Source of the DNA: Candidatus Gastranaerophilales bacterium
GTDB lineage: Bacteria > Cyanobacteriota > Vampirovibrionia > Gastranaerophilales > Gastranaerophilaceae
Direction: 5' to 3'
Length of the DNA: 42,978 nucleotides
Assembly: GCA_944323405.1 (NCBI GenBank)
Contig: CALUSJ010000057.1
Span: forward strand, 1-42,978
Shown here: in pieces, positions 18,348 through 28,381 of the stretch
Layout: every line of letters starts with the position of its first letter
Numbering within the stretch: the stretch's first letter is position 1
Notes under the pieces: model-generated
What the model was told of the DNA's origin: nothing
Database searches by the model: none
The model's input: the letters and a program-made list of their open reading frames with translations, nothing else
Made by a program: the position numbers and the translations under genes

Positions 18348-19715
18348 TTATAAACTCATTAAATACCATGTAACAAGTGTTAGATAAACTGCCAACCCTA
18401 TAACGTCAATTGTTGTAGCAATTACAGGTCCAGAGGCTACTGCCGGGTCAATCTTCATTTTCTTCAAAATCAACGGCGTACAAGTTCCTATCATCGTTGC
18501 AATTGTCATATTAAGAGACATAGCAATACCGACAATAAGCCCTAATTCAAGGTTGTGCTGCCAGCCCCAGGTTACAAATGTAACAAGCATGCCAAAAATA
18601 ACACCGATGCTTAAACCTGTTATAGTTTCTCTCATAATATGATGCCATCCTGAATTCAGAGAAATATGCCCCGTTGACATACCACGAACCATCAGTGTAA
18701 TACTCTGCGTGCCGATATTTCCGCCCAAGCCAGCCAAAAGAGGCATAAACGCTGCTATAATGGGCAGAGCCGTAAATGTATGGTCAAATTTATTTGTAAC
18801 TGTTACTGCTAGGAATTCGCCGATAAGCGTTATAAAAAGCCAGGGAATACGAGCTTTAATTGAGTGCGCAAGACTTCCTGTCAATAAATCATCATCTTCA
18901 TCACCCAAGTCAGTAACAATACCTGAAGATGTCAAAATTTCATCTGTGGTTTCTTCTTCAACAATATCCTGAACGTCATCCCACGTTACAATGCCTTTCA
19001 GGTGGTTATATAAATCAACTACGGGCAGAGCATTGAACTGATATTTCATAAAAATATCAGCAATATGTCCCTGATAATCGTCAACATGAATTTTTACAAT
19101 ATCCTTAGACATAATGTCAGAAATATTCAAATCCATTGGTGCCGTAATCAAATTCCTTAAAGAAGCAACTCCTGCAAGGTGATTATGTTTATCAACCACA
19201 TAAACATAATAAAGCTCCATGTTTTCTTTTTCAGCCTTGATTCTGATTGTTTCTAAAGCTTCCTTAACCGTCATATTATCATATACAGTAAGTACAAGCG
19301 GAGTCATGATACCGCCCGCAGTATCTTCATTATACGTTAGAAGTTCACGAACCTCTGAGGAGAACTTTTTAGGAAGTTGATCCAAATAAGCCTGCGACTC
19401 GTCTTCTTCCATATCACCTAAAACATCGGCGGCTTCATCGTGCGGAAGTTTTGAAATTAATCTGGAAGCGAGCTCCGTATCAATATCGCCTAAGATTTCT
19501 ACCTGCAATTGCGGAGGCAGATATTCAATCATATCGGCGGCTTTTTCTTCGTCTATGAGTGTAATACATTTTAGCCTCTCTTCTGGCTTAATTTGCTGAA
19601 AAATATCCGCTAAATCTGCCGAATGGTAGCTGTTCAATTCATCACGAAGCTGCGGCTCGGCCTCCGAGTCGATTAGTTCTTGTATTCTATCTATTGTATT
19701 TTCTAAATTAGTCAT
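18348..19715 (-). CDS. mgtE: magnesium transporter MgtE
   Basis: MgtE_N (HSADLAD), CBS pair (TAGGIMT, ALPVVD), ARIPWL, GGNIGTQS, DPAVASGPVIATTIDVIG. Confidence 0.97.
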   Translation of the reverse strand: MTNLENTIDRIQELIDSEAEPQLRDELNSYHSADLADIFQQIKPEERLKCITLIDEEKAADMIEYLPPQLQVEILGDIDTELASRLISKLPHDEAADVLGDMEEDESQAYLDQLPKKFSSEVRELLTYNEDTAGGIMTPLVLTVYDNMTVKEALETIRIKAEKENMELYYVYVVDKHNHLAGVASLRNLITAPMDLNISDIMSKDIVKIHVDDYQGHIADIFMKYQFNALPVVDLYNHLKGIVTWDDVQDIVEEETTDEILTSSGIVTDLGDEDDDLLTGSLAHSIKARIPWLFITLIGEFLAVTVTNKFDHTFTALPIIAAFMPLLAGLGGNIGTQSITLMVRGMSTGHISLNSGWHHIMRETITGLSIGVIFGMLVTFVTWGWQHNLELGLIVGIAMSLNMTIATMIGTCTPLILKKMKIDPAVASGPVIATTIDVIGLAVYLTLVTWYLMSL

Positions 19716-19722
19716 GGTTTTT

Positions 19723-19799
19723 GAGTTTAGGAGTTTAGTGGTTTAGGAGAAGTTATAAAATTCCCTTTTAAATTACTCAATTTCTAAACCTATAAACTC
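19723..19799. repeat. imperfect palindromic intergenic repeat, copy 1
   Basis: GAGTTTAG-type 8-nt units on the left and CTAAACCTATAAACTC on the right; related to 21313-21365. Confidence 0.55.
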
Positions 19800-19809
19800 T
19801 ATTCTATTT

Positions 19810-20310
19810 TTATCTATAGTTTGTAAACTGGAGCGGATAATCATACTTATCCTCATTTTTTCTCAAAATTTGTATAACTTCCTGCAAATCGTCTTTACTT
19901 TTGCCTGTAACTCGAACTTGCTCGCCTTGGATTGAAGCCTGAACTTTTAATTTTGTATCTTTAATATCTGCAACAATTTTTTTAGCAAGCTCTTGAGTTA
20001 AGCCCTTTCGAAGGTTAAAGACCTGGCGTACATTTCCGCCTAACGCATTTTCAACACTCTGCGGATCTAAAATCTTTATGCTCAATCCTCTTTTTACAAG
20101 CTTAGATTGTAGAATGTCATAAATGTTTCTAAGTTTCATTTCATCATTTGTTGTAATTGTAATAGCTTTGTCTGCCTCCAAATCAATTGTAGAATTGGAA
20201 TTCTTTAAATCAAAACGTGAGGTTAAATCCCGCTTAACCTGATCAACCGCATTCACAAGCTCCTGCTTGTCGAACTCAGAAACAACATCAAAACTGCAAT
20301 CTTTAGCCAT
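19810..20310 (-). CDS. yajQ: YajQ-family nucleotide/c-di-GMP-binding protein
   Basis: SFDVVSEFDKQELVNAVDQ, RFDLK, KVQASIQGEQVRVTGKSKDDLQ, LQFTNYR. Confidence 0.96.
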   Translation of the reverse strand: MAKDCSFDVVSEFDKQELVNAVDQVKRDLTSRFDLKNSNSTIDLEADKAITITTNDEMKLRNIYDILQSKLVKRGLSIKILDPQSVENALGGNVRQVFNLRKGLTQELAKKIVADIKDTKLKVQASIQGEQVRVTGKSKDDLQEVIQILRKNEDKYDYPLQFTNYR

Positions 20311-20372
20311 AATGAACTCCTAATTATATCTAACATGTTAATAATAACATGAATAAATATAATGTAGAGATA

Positions 20373-20582
20373 TTATCCGGCAATTTTATTTAAAAACCTT
20401 TGCCAAAGTGAAAGCCTAATACTCTCTTTTGCTTTAGGTAAAACTGGTTTGGGGAATTCTTGCCAATACGGCTGGGTTCGGAAATCATTTTCACTACCAT
20501 ATCTGGCCTTGAAATACTGATGCATATTTCCGTAACCCATGCCGCCCATCATTGGATAACCATACATTCCGTAATTAAACAT
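20373..20582 (-). CDS. small hypothetical protein (69 aa), Gly/Met/Tyr-rich N-terminus
   Basis: AAAGGTG RBS; own upstream GGCAAT motif. Confidence 0.7.
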   Translation of the reverse strand: MFNYGMYGYPMMGGMGYGNMHQYFKARYGSENDFRTQPYWQEFPKPVLPKAKESIRLSLWQRFLNKIAG

Positions 20583-20613
20583 AATTTAACACCTTTTTTT
20601 ACTACACTATATA

Positions 20614-20666
20614 TATAAAGATTTTTGATGCAGTAAAATTGCCTTAATATTACGAAATGTTACATT
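20614..20666 (-). promoter_or_regulatory. GGCAAT-N16-TCTTTATA motif, copy 3, with adjacent degenerate HLR1-like repeat
   Basis: Motif at 20614-20643; ATTACGAA-at-GTTACATT at 20649-20666. Confidence 0.6.
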
Positions 20667-20683
20667 AAATAATAAATTTGTTG

Positions 20684-21304
20684 TTATCTGCTTAGGAGTT
20701 TTGAAGTAATTATAAATAGGTTTGCCATTCCAAACCCTAGAAAAGCTCCGGCTATAACATCAATTGGATAATGAACCCCAAGCCATAATCTAGTAACTGC
20801 TACAAGCAGAATCCAAAAACCAAATAAAATTATTAAAAAATATCTCCAAAAGTCAGACTTGACATAATGTATTACAAGATAAATCAGTATTCCGTAAAAG
20901 CACATTGTGGTTGAAGTATGTCCAGATGGAAAACTAAATTCGGGATAGTCAATCGGGCGTTCTCTGCATACAAAGTTTTTGATGAATACTGTAACAACAT
21001 ATGTTGCCTGAGTAAAAAATATTAAAAGAAATGCTTTTAAGTAATGTTTATGAGATACTAATACACTTCCAGCCGCAATTTCCGGCCAGAGCATTTGATA
21101 TGAACGTCCGAATTCTGTCACAAATTGGGCAAATGAAATTGGATATGGAGAAAGTGCGAGTCTTATTGAGTGTAAAACATTTGCATCAAACTGGCTCAGT
21201 CCCGGCATATAGAGAACCATTAGTGTAAGTACTGCAAGTACTACAACGGATATTATTACATAATTTATATTTAAAGCTATTCCATATTCTTGATGCTTGG
21301 CCAT
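20684..21304 (-). CDS. PAP2-family membrane phosphatase
   Basis: KNFVCRERP, SFPSGH, TRLWLGVHYPIDV; start taken at ATG 21304. Confidence 0.92.
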   Translation of the reverse strand: MAKHQEYGIALNINYVIISVVVLAVLTLMVLYMPGLSQFDANVLHSIRLALSPYPISFAQFVTEFGRSYQMLWPEIAAGSVLVSHKHYLKAFLLIFFTQATYVVTVFIKNFVCRERPIDYPEFSFPSGHTSTTMCFYGILIYLVIHYVKSDFWRYFLIILFGFWILLVAVTRLWLGVHYPIDVIAGAFLGFGMANLFIITSKLLSR

Positions 21305-21312
21305 AATAATTT

Positions 21313-21365
21313 GGTTGAGAAGTTTAGAAGTAATTAAAAGCAATCTCTCTAAACTTATAAACTCC
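21313..21365. repeat. imperfect palindromic intergenic repeat, copy 2
   Basis: AAGTTTAGAAG ... CTCTAAACTTATAAACTC; 15/16 match to 19784-19799. Confidence 0.55.
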
Positions 21366-21371
21366 TCTCCC

Positions 21372-21872
21372 CTATATTCCCCCTTTTACTTTTACTAATA
21401 AATCAACAGCTTTATTGAAAGCTGCAATCACAAGTGGTGTAATTTCACTTATGCAAACAGCAAAGAAAAATAGAGCAGAACCTGCTGCAATTAGTTTTTG
21501 TATATCAGAGAACATAAAAATCTTATTTTTCCTGCTCTCAGCAATTCCAGCATATTCATCCGTAAAAGGTTTAACAGGAAATTTTTCCTCTATTTTTTCA
21601 ATAACATCTGAATACTTAATTTTTATAAGTGTATTATAAGAATCAACATTCATCCACCATAGAGCACTAATTGAAACTCCTAGCAGTGCAAAAACAAGTG
21701 TTGCAGTGATTTTATCCAAAAAGATAATATTACTAGTATAAATCATTGCAAAAATCAGAATTACAATAGCTGCCATATAGAATCTGTTAGTCACAAAATT
21801 ACGATTGATAAAATTCTCTTTTTGTTTGCAATAAGATTCATATTCTTTAAAAATCAACTCGTCCCTATCCAT
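21372..21872 (-). CDS. 3-TM membrane protein resembling the RipA/8xMP oligomeric membrane protein family
   Basis: EYESY...RNFVTNRFY-TM-TM-W...SYNTL..IK..VI..IEEKFP.KPF..EY-TM pattern, recalled from the family consensus; ATG 21872 with GGAG overlaps the ftsH stop. Confidence 0.6.
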   Translation of the reverse strand: MDRDELIFKEYESYCKQKENFINRNFVTNRFYMAAIVILIFAMIYTSNIIFLDKITATLVFALLGVSISALWWMNVDSYNTLIKIKYSDVIEKIEEKFPVKPFTDEYAGIAESRKNKIFMFSDIQKLIAAGSALFFFAVCISEITPLVIAAFNKAVDLLVKVKGGI

Positions 21873-23820
21873 TTTGCTCTCCTTCATTAGAGTTCTCTTC
21901 GGTGCTTTCTTCGTTATTATCAATGCGTACAGCATCAACTAAAGTTATTTCACCACGTTCAACTTTTACATCATCCATTAATTTTTCAAATTCTTTTTCA
22001 TCCAATGTCTCTTTATCAAGAAGATTTTTGGCAATGTATTCAAGCATATCTCTATTATCATTCAAAAGTTGCTTTGCCCGATCATACTGTGCATCAACGA
22101 TTTTTTTAACTTCTTTATCAATATCAGCAGCAATTTCTTCTGAAAAATCTCTTGTATTACCAAAATTTCTTCCCATAAACACATGTTCCTGATCTTTTCC
22201 ATAAGCAAGATTACCCATTTTATCACTCATACCATAAGTTGTAACCATGCTTCTTGCAAGGGAGGAGACTTTCTCCAAATCATTGGAAGCGCCTGTTGTG
22301 ACGTTATCTTTTCCGTAAATAATTTCTTCAGCAACACGCCCGCCAAGAATCATTGTTATTCTATCTAACAATTGGTTTTTACGCATTGTTAAATGATCTT
22401 TTTCAGGAAGTGTAAGAGTTATTCCCAATGCCATTCCACGAGGTATAATTGAAACTTTATGAAGCGGATCGCAATTCTTGAGCAGTTTTGCAAGCAAAGC
22501 ATGCCCGACTTCGTGGTAAGCAGTATTTTCTTTTTCTTCATCAGAAATAATCCTGCTTTTCTTTTCAGGCCCTGCCATTACTTTATCAATAGCTTCTTCT
22601 AAATCAGGCATTTCTATTTCAGATTTATCGTGTCTTGCTGCAAGCAAAGCTGCTTCATTAAGCAAGTTTTGTAAATCTGCGCCGGTAAATCCTGGAGTGC
22701 GCTTTGCAAGTGTTTTTAAATCAACTTCCTTTGATAAAGGTTTATTTTTTGCGTGTACATTTAATATCTGTTCTCGTCCCAAAACATCAGGTTTATTAAT
22801 AACAATCTGCCTGTCAAATCTTCCCGGCCTTAAAAGAGCATTATCTAAAATGTCCGGCCTATTGGTTGCGGCTAAGATTATTATATTTGTATTTTCATCA
22901 AACCCGTCCATCTCAACAAGTAATTGATTAAGAGTTTGTTCTCTTTCATCGTGTCCTCCGCCTAAACCGGCACCTCTTTGACGGCCTACGGCATCTATTT
23001 CATCAATAAATACAATACAAGGCTGATGTTTTTTTGCCTGCTCAAAAAGGTCTCTAACGCGCGAAGCACCTACACCTACAAACATCTCAACAAAATCAGA
23101 ACCGCTTATAGAAAAAAATGGAACTCCTGCTTCTCCCGCAACAGCTTTTGCCATAAGGGTTTTACCTGTACCTGGAGAGCCGACAAGAAGAACGCCCTTA
23201 GGGATTTTTGCACCCAATTTAACATATTTATCTGAATGCTTAAGAAAATCAACGATTTCTTCAAGCTCCTTTCTTTCTTCATCAATACCAGCAACATCCG
23301 CAAAAGTTGTTTTTACTTTGCTGTCCATAAGCATCTTTGCTCTGCTCTTTCCAAATGACATGGCCTGTGCTCCGCCGGCTTGGATAGATTTTATTATAAG
23401 CATAATAAAACCAAGAACCAGAAGTATTGTTATTAACGACGAACCAATTCCAAATGCAGAATTGGATTCGTTAGCCCTTTTAGCATTTACTTCTACATTG
23501 TTATCCTCTAGAACTTTTAATATTTCTGAATTCTCGGGCAGAATAACTTTGTATTGCAGTTGAGGGAGTTTAACTTCTCCATACCAAGACGAAGTGGTGG
23601 TAGGCTTTTTTTCTGTCTCAGGCTGATTGGTTGGTATTGCAATAAGCGAATCTTTGCCTAAATTAACACTCTTTATTTCTTTATTCTCAACTTTTTGTAA
23701 AAAAGCTGTATATGAAAGTTCTTGTGTGCTTGATGTTGGTCCTGCAAAAAGCATTGATAAAAATGCTAAAACCATAATCCCCAAAATCACGTACATTCCG
23801 ATTGATTGATTTTTATTCAT
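21865..23820 (-). CDS. ftsH: ATP-dependent zinc metalloprotease FtsH
   Basis: 2 [41 protein letters not shown]. Confidence 0.99.
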   Translation of the reverse strand: MNKNQSIGMYVILGIMVLAFLSMLFAGPTSSTQELSYTAFLQKVENKEIKSVNLGKDSLIAIPTNQPETEKKPTTTSSWYGEVKLPQLQYKVILPENSEILKVLEDNNVEVNAKRANESNSAFGIGSSLITILLVLGFIMLIIKSIQAGGAQAMSFGKSRAKMLMDSKVKTTFADVAGIDEERKELEEIVDFLKHSDKYVKLGAKIPKGVLLVGSPGTGKTLMAKAVAGEAGVPFFSISGSDFVEMFVGVGASRVRDLFEQAKKHQPCIVFIDEIDAVGRQRGAGLGGGHDEREQTLNQLLVEMDGFDENTNIIILAATNRPDILDNALLRPGRFDRQIVINKPDVLGREQILNVHAKNKPLSKEVDLKTLAKRTPGFTGADLQNLLNEAALLAARHDKSEIEMPDLEEAIDKVMAGPEKKSRIISDEEKENTAYHEVGHALLAKLLKNCDPLHKVSIIPRGMALGITLTLPEKDHLTMRKNQLLDRITMILGGRVAEEIIYGKDNVTTGASNDLEKVSSLARSMVTTYGMSDKMGNLAYGKDQEHVFMGRNFGNTRDFSEEIAADIDKEVKKIVDAQYDRAKQLLNDNRDMLEYIAKNLLDKETLDEKEFEKLMDDVKVERGEITLVDAVRIDNNEESTEENSNEGEQNG

Positions 23821-23921
23821 ATTTCTCCTTTTTATTTGCGGACATTCTTAGCAAGAATTATAACATAAACCTGATACAAAAATGATTAGATTAATGAAGA
23901 ATTTTATAAATTTTTGCAAAA

Positions 23922-24620
23922 TTATTCATATAAAGAAATAATATTATTGATTCCACTTTTAGCTATGCTAAATAACTCCAGCATTTTTTCATACTCATAA
24001 GCTTCTCCTTCTGATGTCGTTTGAAAATCTACTATTTTACCGCTTTTAGTAAGTACAACATTTGAATCAACCTGCGCATGGGAATCTTCTTCATAATTCA
24101 AGTCAAGCTTAATTTCTTTATTAACAATACCGATAGAAATTGCCGCAACTGGTTCTATTATTGGGTTTTCTTTTAGCTCGCCGGAAGCTAATAGTTTGTC
24201 TACTGCATCTTTTAGAGCCAAATATCCGCCGCAAATACTAGCAGTTCTTGTGCCTCCATCAGCTTCTATAACATCTGCATCAATAGTTATTGTTATACCC
24301 GGCATTTTTTCGAGATCCACACAAGCTCTTAGACTACGGCCAATAAGACGCTGTATTTCTTGAGTTCTTCCAGATATTTTTTCACGCTCCCTTTTGCACC
24401 TAGTGTTTGTTGAAGCCGGAAGCAGCGAATACTCTGCTGTGACCCAGCCTCTTTGATCATCGTCACTCATCCACTTAGGCTTTTTTAATTCAACAGATGC
24501 AGTAACAATTACTCTTGTGTCTCCGAACTCAGTTAAAACAGAGCCCATAGCATGTTTTGTAAAATTGTGTGTAAATTTTATAGGCCTTAATTCATTATTT
24601 TTTCTGCCGTCAATTCTCAT
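23922..24620 (-). CDS. rph: ribonuclease PH
   Basis: RIDGR...LRPI, GWVTAEYSLLP, GRTQEIQRLIGRSLR, ADGGTRTASI, DLNYEEDS. Confidence 0.97.
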   Translation of the reverse strand: MRIDGRKNNELRPIKFTHNFTKHAMGSVLTEFGDTRVIVTASVELKKPKWMSDDDQRGWVTAEYSLLPASTNTRCKREREKISGRTQEIQRLIGRSLRACVDLEKMPGITITIDADVIEADGGTRTASICGGYLALKDAVDKLLASGELKENPIIEPVAAISIGIVNKEIKLDLNYEEDSHAQVDSNVVLTKSGKIVDFQTTSEGEAYEYEKMLELFSIAKSGINNIISLYE

Positions 24621-24644
24621 ATCTATACCTCTACTTATATAAAT

Positions 24645-25415
24645 CTATGGTGAAATTCCCCAGTGAAGCTTGTTTCTTAAAACTGAATAAAAACTGTCAT
24701 CATTAATAAAAGCAAGAACTGCTTTCTTTTTTGATTTTTTTATAGAAATTTCTTTTACGCATTCAGTGGTATCCAATCCGTCAACAGCAACGGAAAGGAG
24801 TTTGTCGCTTGTTTTAACGTTAATGATTTCTCCTGAAGGAACGACCAGCGGTCTGGCATTAAGCGTGTGCGGGCATATGGGAACTATTACAAGCGCATCC
24901 AGTGACGGGTATAAAACAGGGCCGCCTGCTGAAAGTCCATAAGCTGTTGACCCTGTAGGCGTCGAGATAATTAATCCATCCGCAATATAGTCACAAACAA
25001 ACTTATTATTTATCTCTAAATAAAATTTCGATGTTCTGGAAGGTGTACAGCCTTTTATTACAAAATCGTTTAATGCTAAAGAATTAGCAGATTCCAGCAT
25101 AATTCTTTCTTCAATAGAATATTTTTTTTCAAGCACTCTAATTACGGTTTTTTCAATTTCATCAGCTCCAGCCTGTGATAAAAACCCTAGACGTCCGAGG
25201 TTAATACCCAAAACAGGTGTTCCTTCATAAAAACGGGCGCTTTTTAATAAAGTTCCATCTCCGCCGATTACAAAGGTGAAATCTCCGTATTTCTGCATAT
25301 TATCGATATCAAATGATTTAAAATCAATATGGTTTTGAATAAGTATTTTTTCTAAATTTGCAAGAACATTTGAATATGCAGAGATTTCTTTATTAAATAC
25401 AACATTTATTTTCAT
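24645..25415 (-). CDS. nadK: NAD(+) kinase
   Basis: GGDGTLL, GINLGRLGFL, ALND, DGLIISTPTGSTAYGLSAGGP, PICPH, KLHWG. Confidence 0.96.
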   Translation of the reverse strand: MKINVVFNKEISAYSNVLANLEKILIQNHIDFKSFDIDNMQKYGDFTFVIGGDGTLLKSARFYEGTPVLGINLGRLGFLSQAGADEIEKTVIRVLEKKYSIEERIMLESANSLALNDFVIKGCTPSRTSKFYLEINNKFVCDYIADGLIISTPTGSTAYGLSAGGPVLYPSLDALVIVPICPHTLNARPLVVPSGEIINVKTSDKLLSVAVDGLDTTECVKEISIKKSKKKAVLAFINDDSFYSVLRNKLHWGISP

Positions 25416-25522
25416 ACAACCGATTATAACATATAATAAAGTTTTATGATATAATTTATAGATAAGCAGCTCTATCTTTAAATGAAGGGGCGTTAAATTG
25501 AGAATATAAAGAGGTTTTACTT

Positions 25523-26032
25523 ATGATAGAAATGAAAGTAATGGGTATAGCACTAGACGTGAGAACCAATTCTCCGATAGTAGTTCTTCACGATCTGGAT
25601 AACAGAAAAGCGCTTCCTATTTGGATAGGTTCAGCAGAGGCAAGTGCAATCATAAGATGTATAGAAGGTCTTGTTGTTGCAAGGCCTATGACTCACGATT
25701 TAATTATGAATATAATTGAAAAGACGGGTTATACTTTAGAAAAAATTGAAATAAACGATGTTGAAAAAGAAACTTATTTTGCAACGTTGTTTTTAACAAA
25801 AGACGGTGAAACTCTTGAAATCGATGCACGTCCGTCTGATGCAATTGCAGTTGCAATGAGAGCAGAGGCTCCTATTTATGTAACAGCAAATGTCTTGATG
25901 AATGGTTCTGTATCAACTGATACTGCAAAAGATGAAGAAGAAGCACAAGAGTTTAAAGATTTTATACAAAATATTAAGCCGTCTGATTTTGAAAAAATGA
26001 TGAACGGAAAACATCAGGAAAACGATCAGTAA
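25523..26032 (+). CDS. bifunctional nuclease family protein (DUF151)
   Basis: LPIWIGSAEA, RPMTHDL, IDARPSDAIA, IKPSDF. Confidence 0.93.
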   Translation: MIEMKVMGIALDVRTNSPIVVLHDLDNRKALPIWIGSAEASAIIRCIEGLVVARPMTHDLIMNIIEKTGYTLEKIEINDVEKETYFATLFLTKDGETLEIDARPSDAIAVAMRAEAPIYVTANVLMNGSVSTDTAKDEEEAQEFKDFIQNIKPSDFEKMMNGKHQENDQ

Positions 26033-26042
26033 TTAAATGCTC

Positions 26043-27362
26043 TTATGCTTTAATTACTCCTTCTCTTATCAGTTGCTCTTTTATATCTCTTTTAGTCTGA
26101 AATTCTTTACCTGACTTATCTGAATATCTTTTTAGAAGCATTGCAGCAGGAGTAATTACGCCCAAAGCTAAAATAGAGGCTCCTATGTTACCGATAATAG
26201 ATTGTCTCTTCAATTTTCTTACCTGTTTAAAGAATTTATCTGAAGTTTCGCCTTTACTCAGTGCATCTTTGTATTGAGCATATAATTCTGCGGTTTTTTC
26301 TTTTATTCCTTTTACTTCTTCTAAATCAATAAATTCTCTAGTATCAATTTTTTCTGTATTCTTTAGAAGCTTAACGATATCAGATTTTTTGGCTGCCTTA
26401 ACAATCTCATTTTCAGGATTTTTGTGTATGAATTCATACAGGCTTTCTTTTGAACTATTTGCGGCATCAAATTCCTTAATGCTATTAAGAATAGAAGCGT
26501 TTTCGAAAGATTTCTTTAATTCTTCTCCTTCTAAAACCCTTGCATCAAGTGTTATAGACTTGTTGTGTTTTTTCTTCGCAGCATTTTCCATCCATTGCTG
26601 GATTTTTTTGCCAGCAAAATATAAGAAAAACAGACAGGAGCCTTCTTTTATTGCATAACCTGCAAATTCCTGCGGGTTTCTTGCGTCAGCTAATCTTTCA
26701 AATGTAATAAATCCATCTAATATCCACATATTTTTGACAGAAGAAAACGCAAATTCTTCAACAACTTTTCCAAATCCCTTGAAAGAAGGATTGTTTTGAG
26801 GGCTTTGGAGATTTTGAGAATTTTTCTGTGCTTCTTCCTGTGCCTTCTGTTTTTCTTGATATTCTTTTATTAAATTTTTTCTTATCTGTTGATGAGTATA
26901 ATATTGTTTTAATCTCGTAAATCCAAAATAAGCCGCAGCAGCTGTTAGTGTTGAAAATACAAACTTGGACGCTGCAAGGTTTTTAAACAATCTTCTATTT
27001 TTTTCGGCTTTTTCTAAATTCTTTTTAATTTCTTCTGATGGTGCAAACTCTTTTAATTTCTTAAAAAGTTCCATATCTTTAAGATTTCTTGGGTCAATTT
27101 TTGAATCAAAGCCAAATGCTTTAATTACTGTTTTATCAAATAACCATCTGAGTCCCGGAATTCCTCCAAGCCATAAAGCTTCTGTTCCAAACTCATCAAT
27201 TAATCTGTCAACGCCTTCCTCTTTCCCTGTGATATATGAACCTGCTGTCATACCAACGCACTGTGTGCCGTCTTTAACAGCTAAAGGTATGAGTGAATCG
27301 GGGTTACCTAATGTAGAGTATATTTTTGCTGCATTCCATATCATATAGCCTACAACCCCCAT
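26043..27362 (-). CDS. hypothetical multi-pass membrane protein with two tandem modules
   Basis: 439-aa ORF (start may be ATG 27344); hydrophobic segments either side of a Q/N-rich linker ending NNPSFKG; architecture shared with 35970..37856. Confidence 0.8.
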   Translation of the reverse strand: MGVVGYMIWNAAKIYSTLGNPDSLIPLAVKDGTQCVGMTAGSYITGKEEGVDRLIDEFGTEALWLGGIPGLRWLFDKTVIKAFGFDSKIDPRNLKDMELFKKLKEFAPSEEIKKNLEKAEKNRRLFKNLAASKFVFSTLTAAAAYFGFTRLKQYYTHQQIRKNLIKEYQEKQKAQEEAQKNSQNLQSPQNNPSFKGFGKVVEEFAFSSVKNMWILDGFITFERLADARNPQEFAGYAIKEGSCLFFLYFAGKKIQQWMENAAKKKHNKSITLDARVLEGEELKKSFENASILNSIKEFDAANSSKESLYEFIHKNPENEIVKAAKKSDIVKLLKNTEKIDTREFIDLEEVKGIKEKTAELYAQYKDALSKGETSDKFFKQVRKLKRQSIIGNIGASILALGVITPAAMLLKRYSDKSGKEFQTKRDIKEQLIREGVIKA

Positions 27363-27416
27363 TTCAAATTCATTAATTTTTTACTGTGTTTGTTCATACT
27401 ACGACCTTCCTTAAAC

Positions 27417-27469
27417 TTAAAAGTGTATAAATAATAAAAATTGCCTAATTATTAACAAAATTTTACAAA
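27417..27469 (-). promoter_or_regulatory. GGCAAT-N15-ACTTTTAA (degenerate copy 4) plus HLR1-like repeat
   Basis: Motif at 27417-27445; TTAACAAA-at-TTTACAAA at 27452-27469. Confidence 0.5.
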
Positions 27470-27477
27470 ACATATAT

Positions 27478-27510
27478 AAAAAAAACTTCCCGCTTATAGG
27501 AAGTTCTTTT
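27478..27510 (-). terminator. intrinsic terminator after rpoZ
   Basis: Minus strand AACTTCC-tataagcg-GGAAGTT followed by a T run. Confidence 0.75.
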
Positions 27511-27531
27511 TTATATCTAAAACTTTAAAAC

Positions 27532-27816
27532 TCAGCCTACAAGTTCGGTATCGTCCGTTTCAGAGGCTTTAACCATTATTGCGTGCTCAACCGGGTTTTC
27601 TTTCTTGTAAGCACTTTCGCTGCCAGCCTCTTCAAAACCAAACTCGTCTCGGGCTTTCTTCATTTGCATTTCATCAACTAATTTCTTAGCTAATTCTGAA
27701 ATTTCATATACTAATTTATATCTATTATCAGTTTTTTCGTTTAATTCCCATGCTACTTTAATAATTTGATCCATTTCTACCTCATCTACTATTTTACCTG
27801 ATTGTATAACACACAT
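27532..27816 (-). CDS. rpoZ: RNA polymerase omega subunit (cyanobacterial-type)
   Basis: QII..A.EL....NRYKLV..I...AK...NPV..AI pattern of cyanobacterial RpoZ. Confidence 0.7.
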   Translation of the reverse strand: MCVIQSGKIVDEVEMDQIIKVAWELNEKTDNRYKLVYEISELAKKLVDEMQMKKARDEFGFEEAGSESAYKKENPVEHAIMVKASETDDTELVG

Positions 27817-27910
27817 GAATATTTGTCCATAGGTTAATCGTAATATTTTACATTCTGCATATTCTCTTGCTAAATTTTTTTGTCTTGATTAAAGTTAGTA
27901 TAATTGCAAG

Positions 27911-28381
27911 ATGGAAATAATAAAAGAATTTTTATTGAGTAATTGCTGGTATAAGGGAAAAGTCGTGCAAAGTGCAATAGAACAAGCTTTAAAATGTATA
28001 AAAGATGTTCCAATAGGATGTGTTATAAAAAAGGGCGGTAAAATAGTTGCATCTGCTCATAACCTGCGGGAAGCGAACAATGATATACTTGCTCATGCGG
28101 AGTTAATTGCAATAAAAGAAGCTCAAAAGAAACTTAACACATCGAGATTAAAGGGATGTGAACTTTTTGTTACATTGGAGCCTTGTCCGATGTGTGCTTG
28201 GGCGATTATTCAATCAGGAATAAGTGCTGTATACTTTGGTTCTTACAATCCGCAGTATGGTGCTCTTATTTCTAATAATATATTTAAAAACTTGACTAAT
28301 TTCACGCTTAAAGTGTATGGTGGTATAGAAGAAGATAAGTGTAATAAAATATTGGAAGATTTTTTTAAAAGTATAAGATGA
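27911..28381 (+). CDS. tadA: tRNA adenosine deaminase-like nucleoside deaminase
   Basis: DVPIGCVI, HNLRE, HAE, VTLEPCPMC, FFKSIR. Confidence 0.8.
   Translation: MEIIKEFLLSNCWYKGKVVQSAIEQALKCIKDVPIGCVIKKGGKIVASAHNLREANNDILAHAELIAIKEAQKKLNTSRLKGCELFVTLEPCPMCAWAIIQSGISAVYFGSYNPQYGALISNNIFKNLTNFTLKVYGGIEEDKCNKILEDFFKSIR

Noticed and set aside
19723-19799. CRISPR array or M-box riboswitch upstream of mgtE
   Set aside because: Units are 8 nt with no spacers; the region is too short and lacks M-box conserved sequence
21873-21938. N-terminal extensions given by the ORF track (also 117-155, 1515-1592, 8243-8281, 21305-21343, 39405-39431)
   Set aside because: Downstream ATGs have better RBS or context; the extensions overlap neighbouring genes, promoters or repeats
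26769-26795. KG|F in PSFKGFG as a type IV prepilin cleavage site
   Set aside because: Internal position, and no hydrophobic helix with Glu at +5
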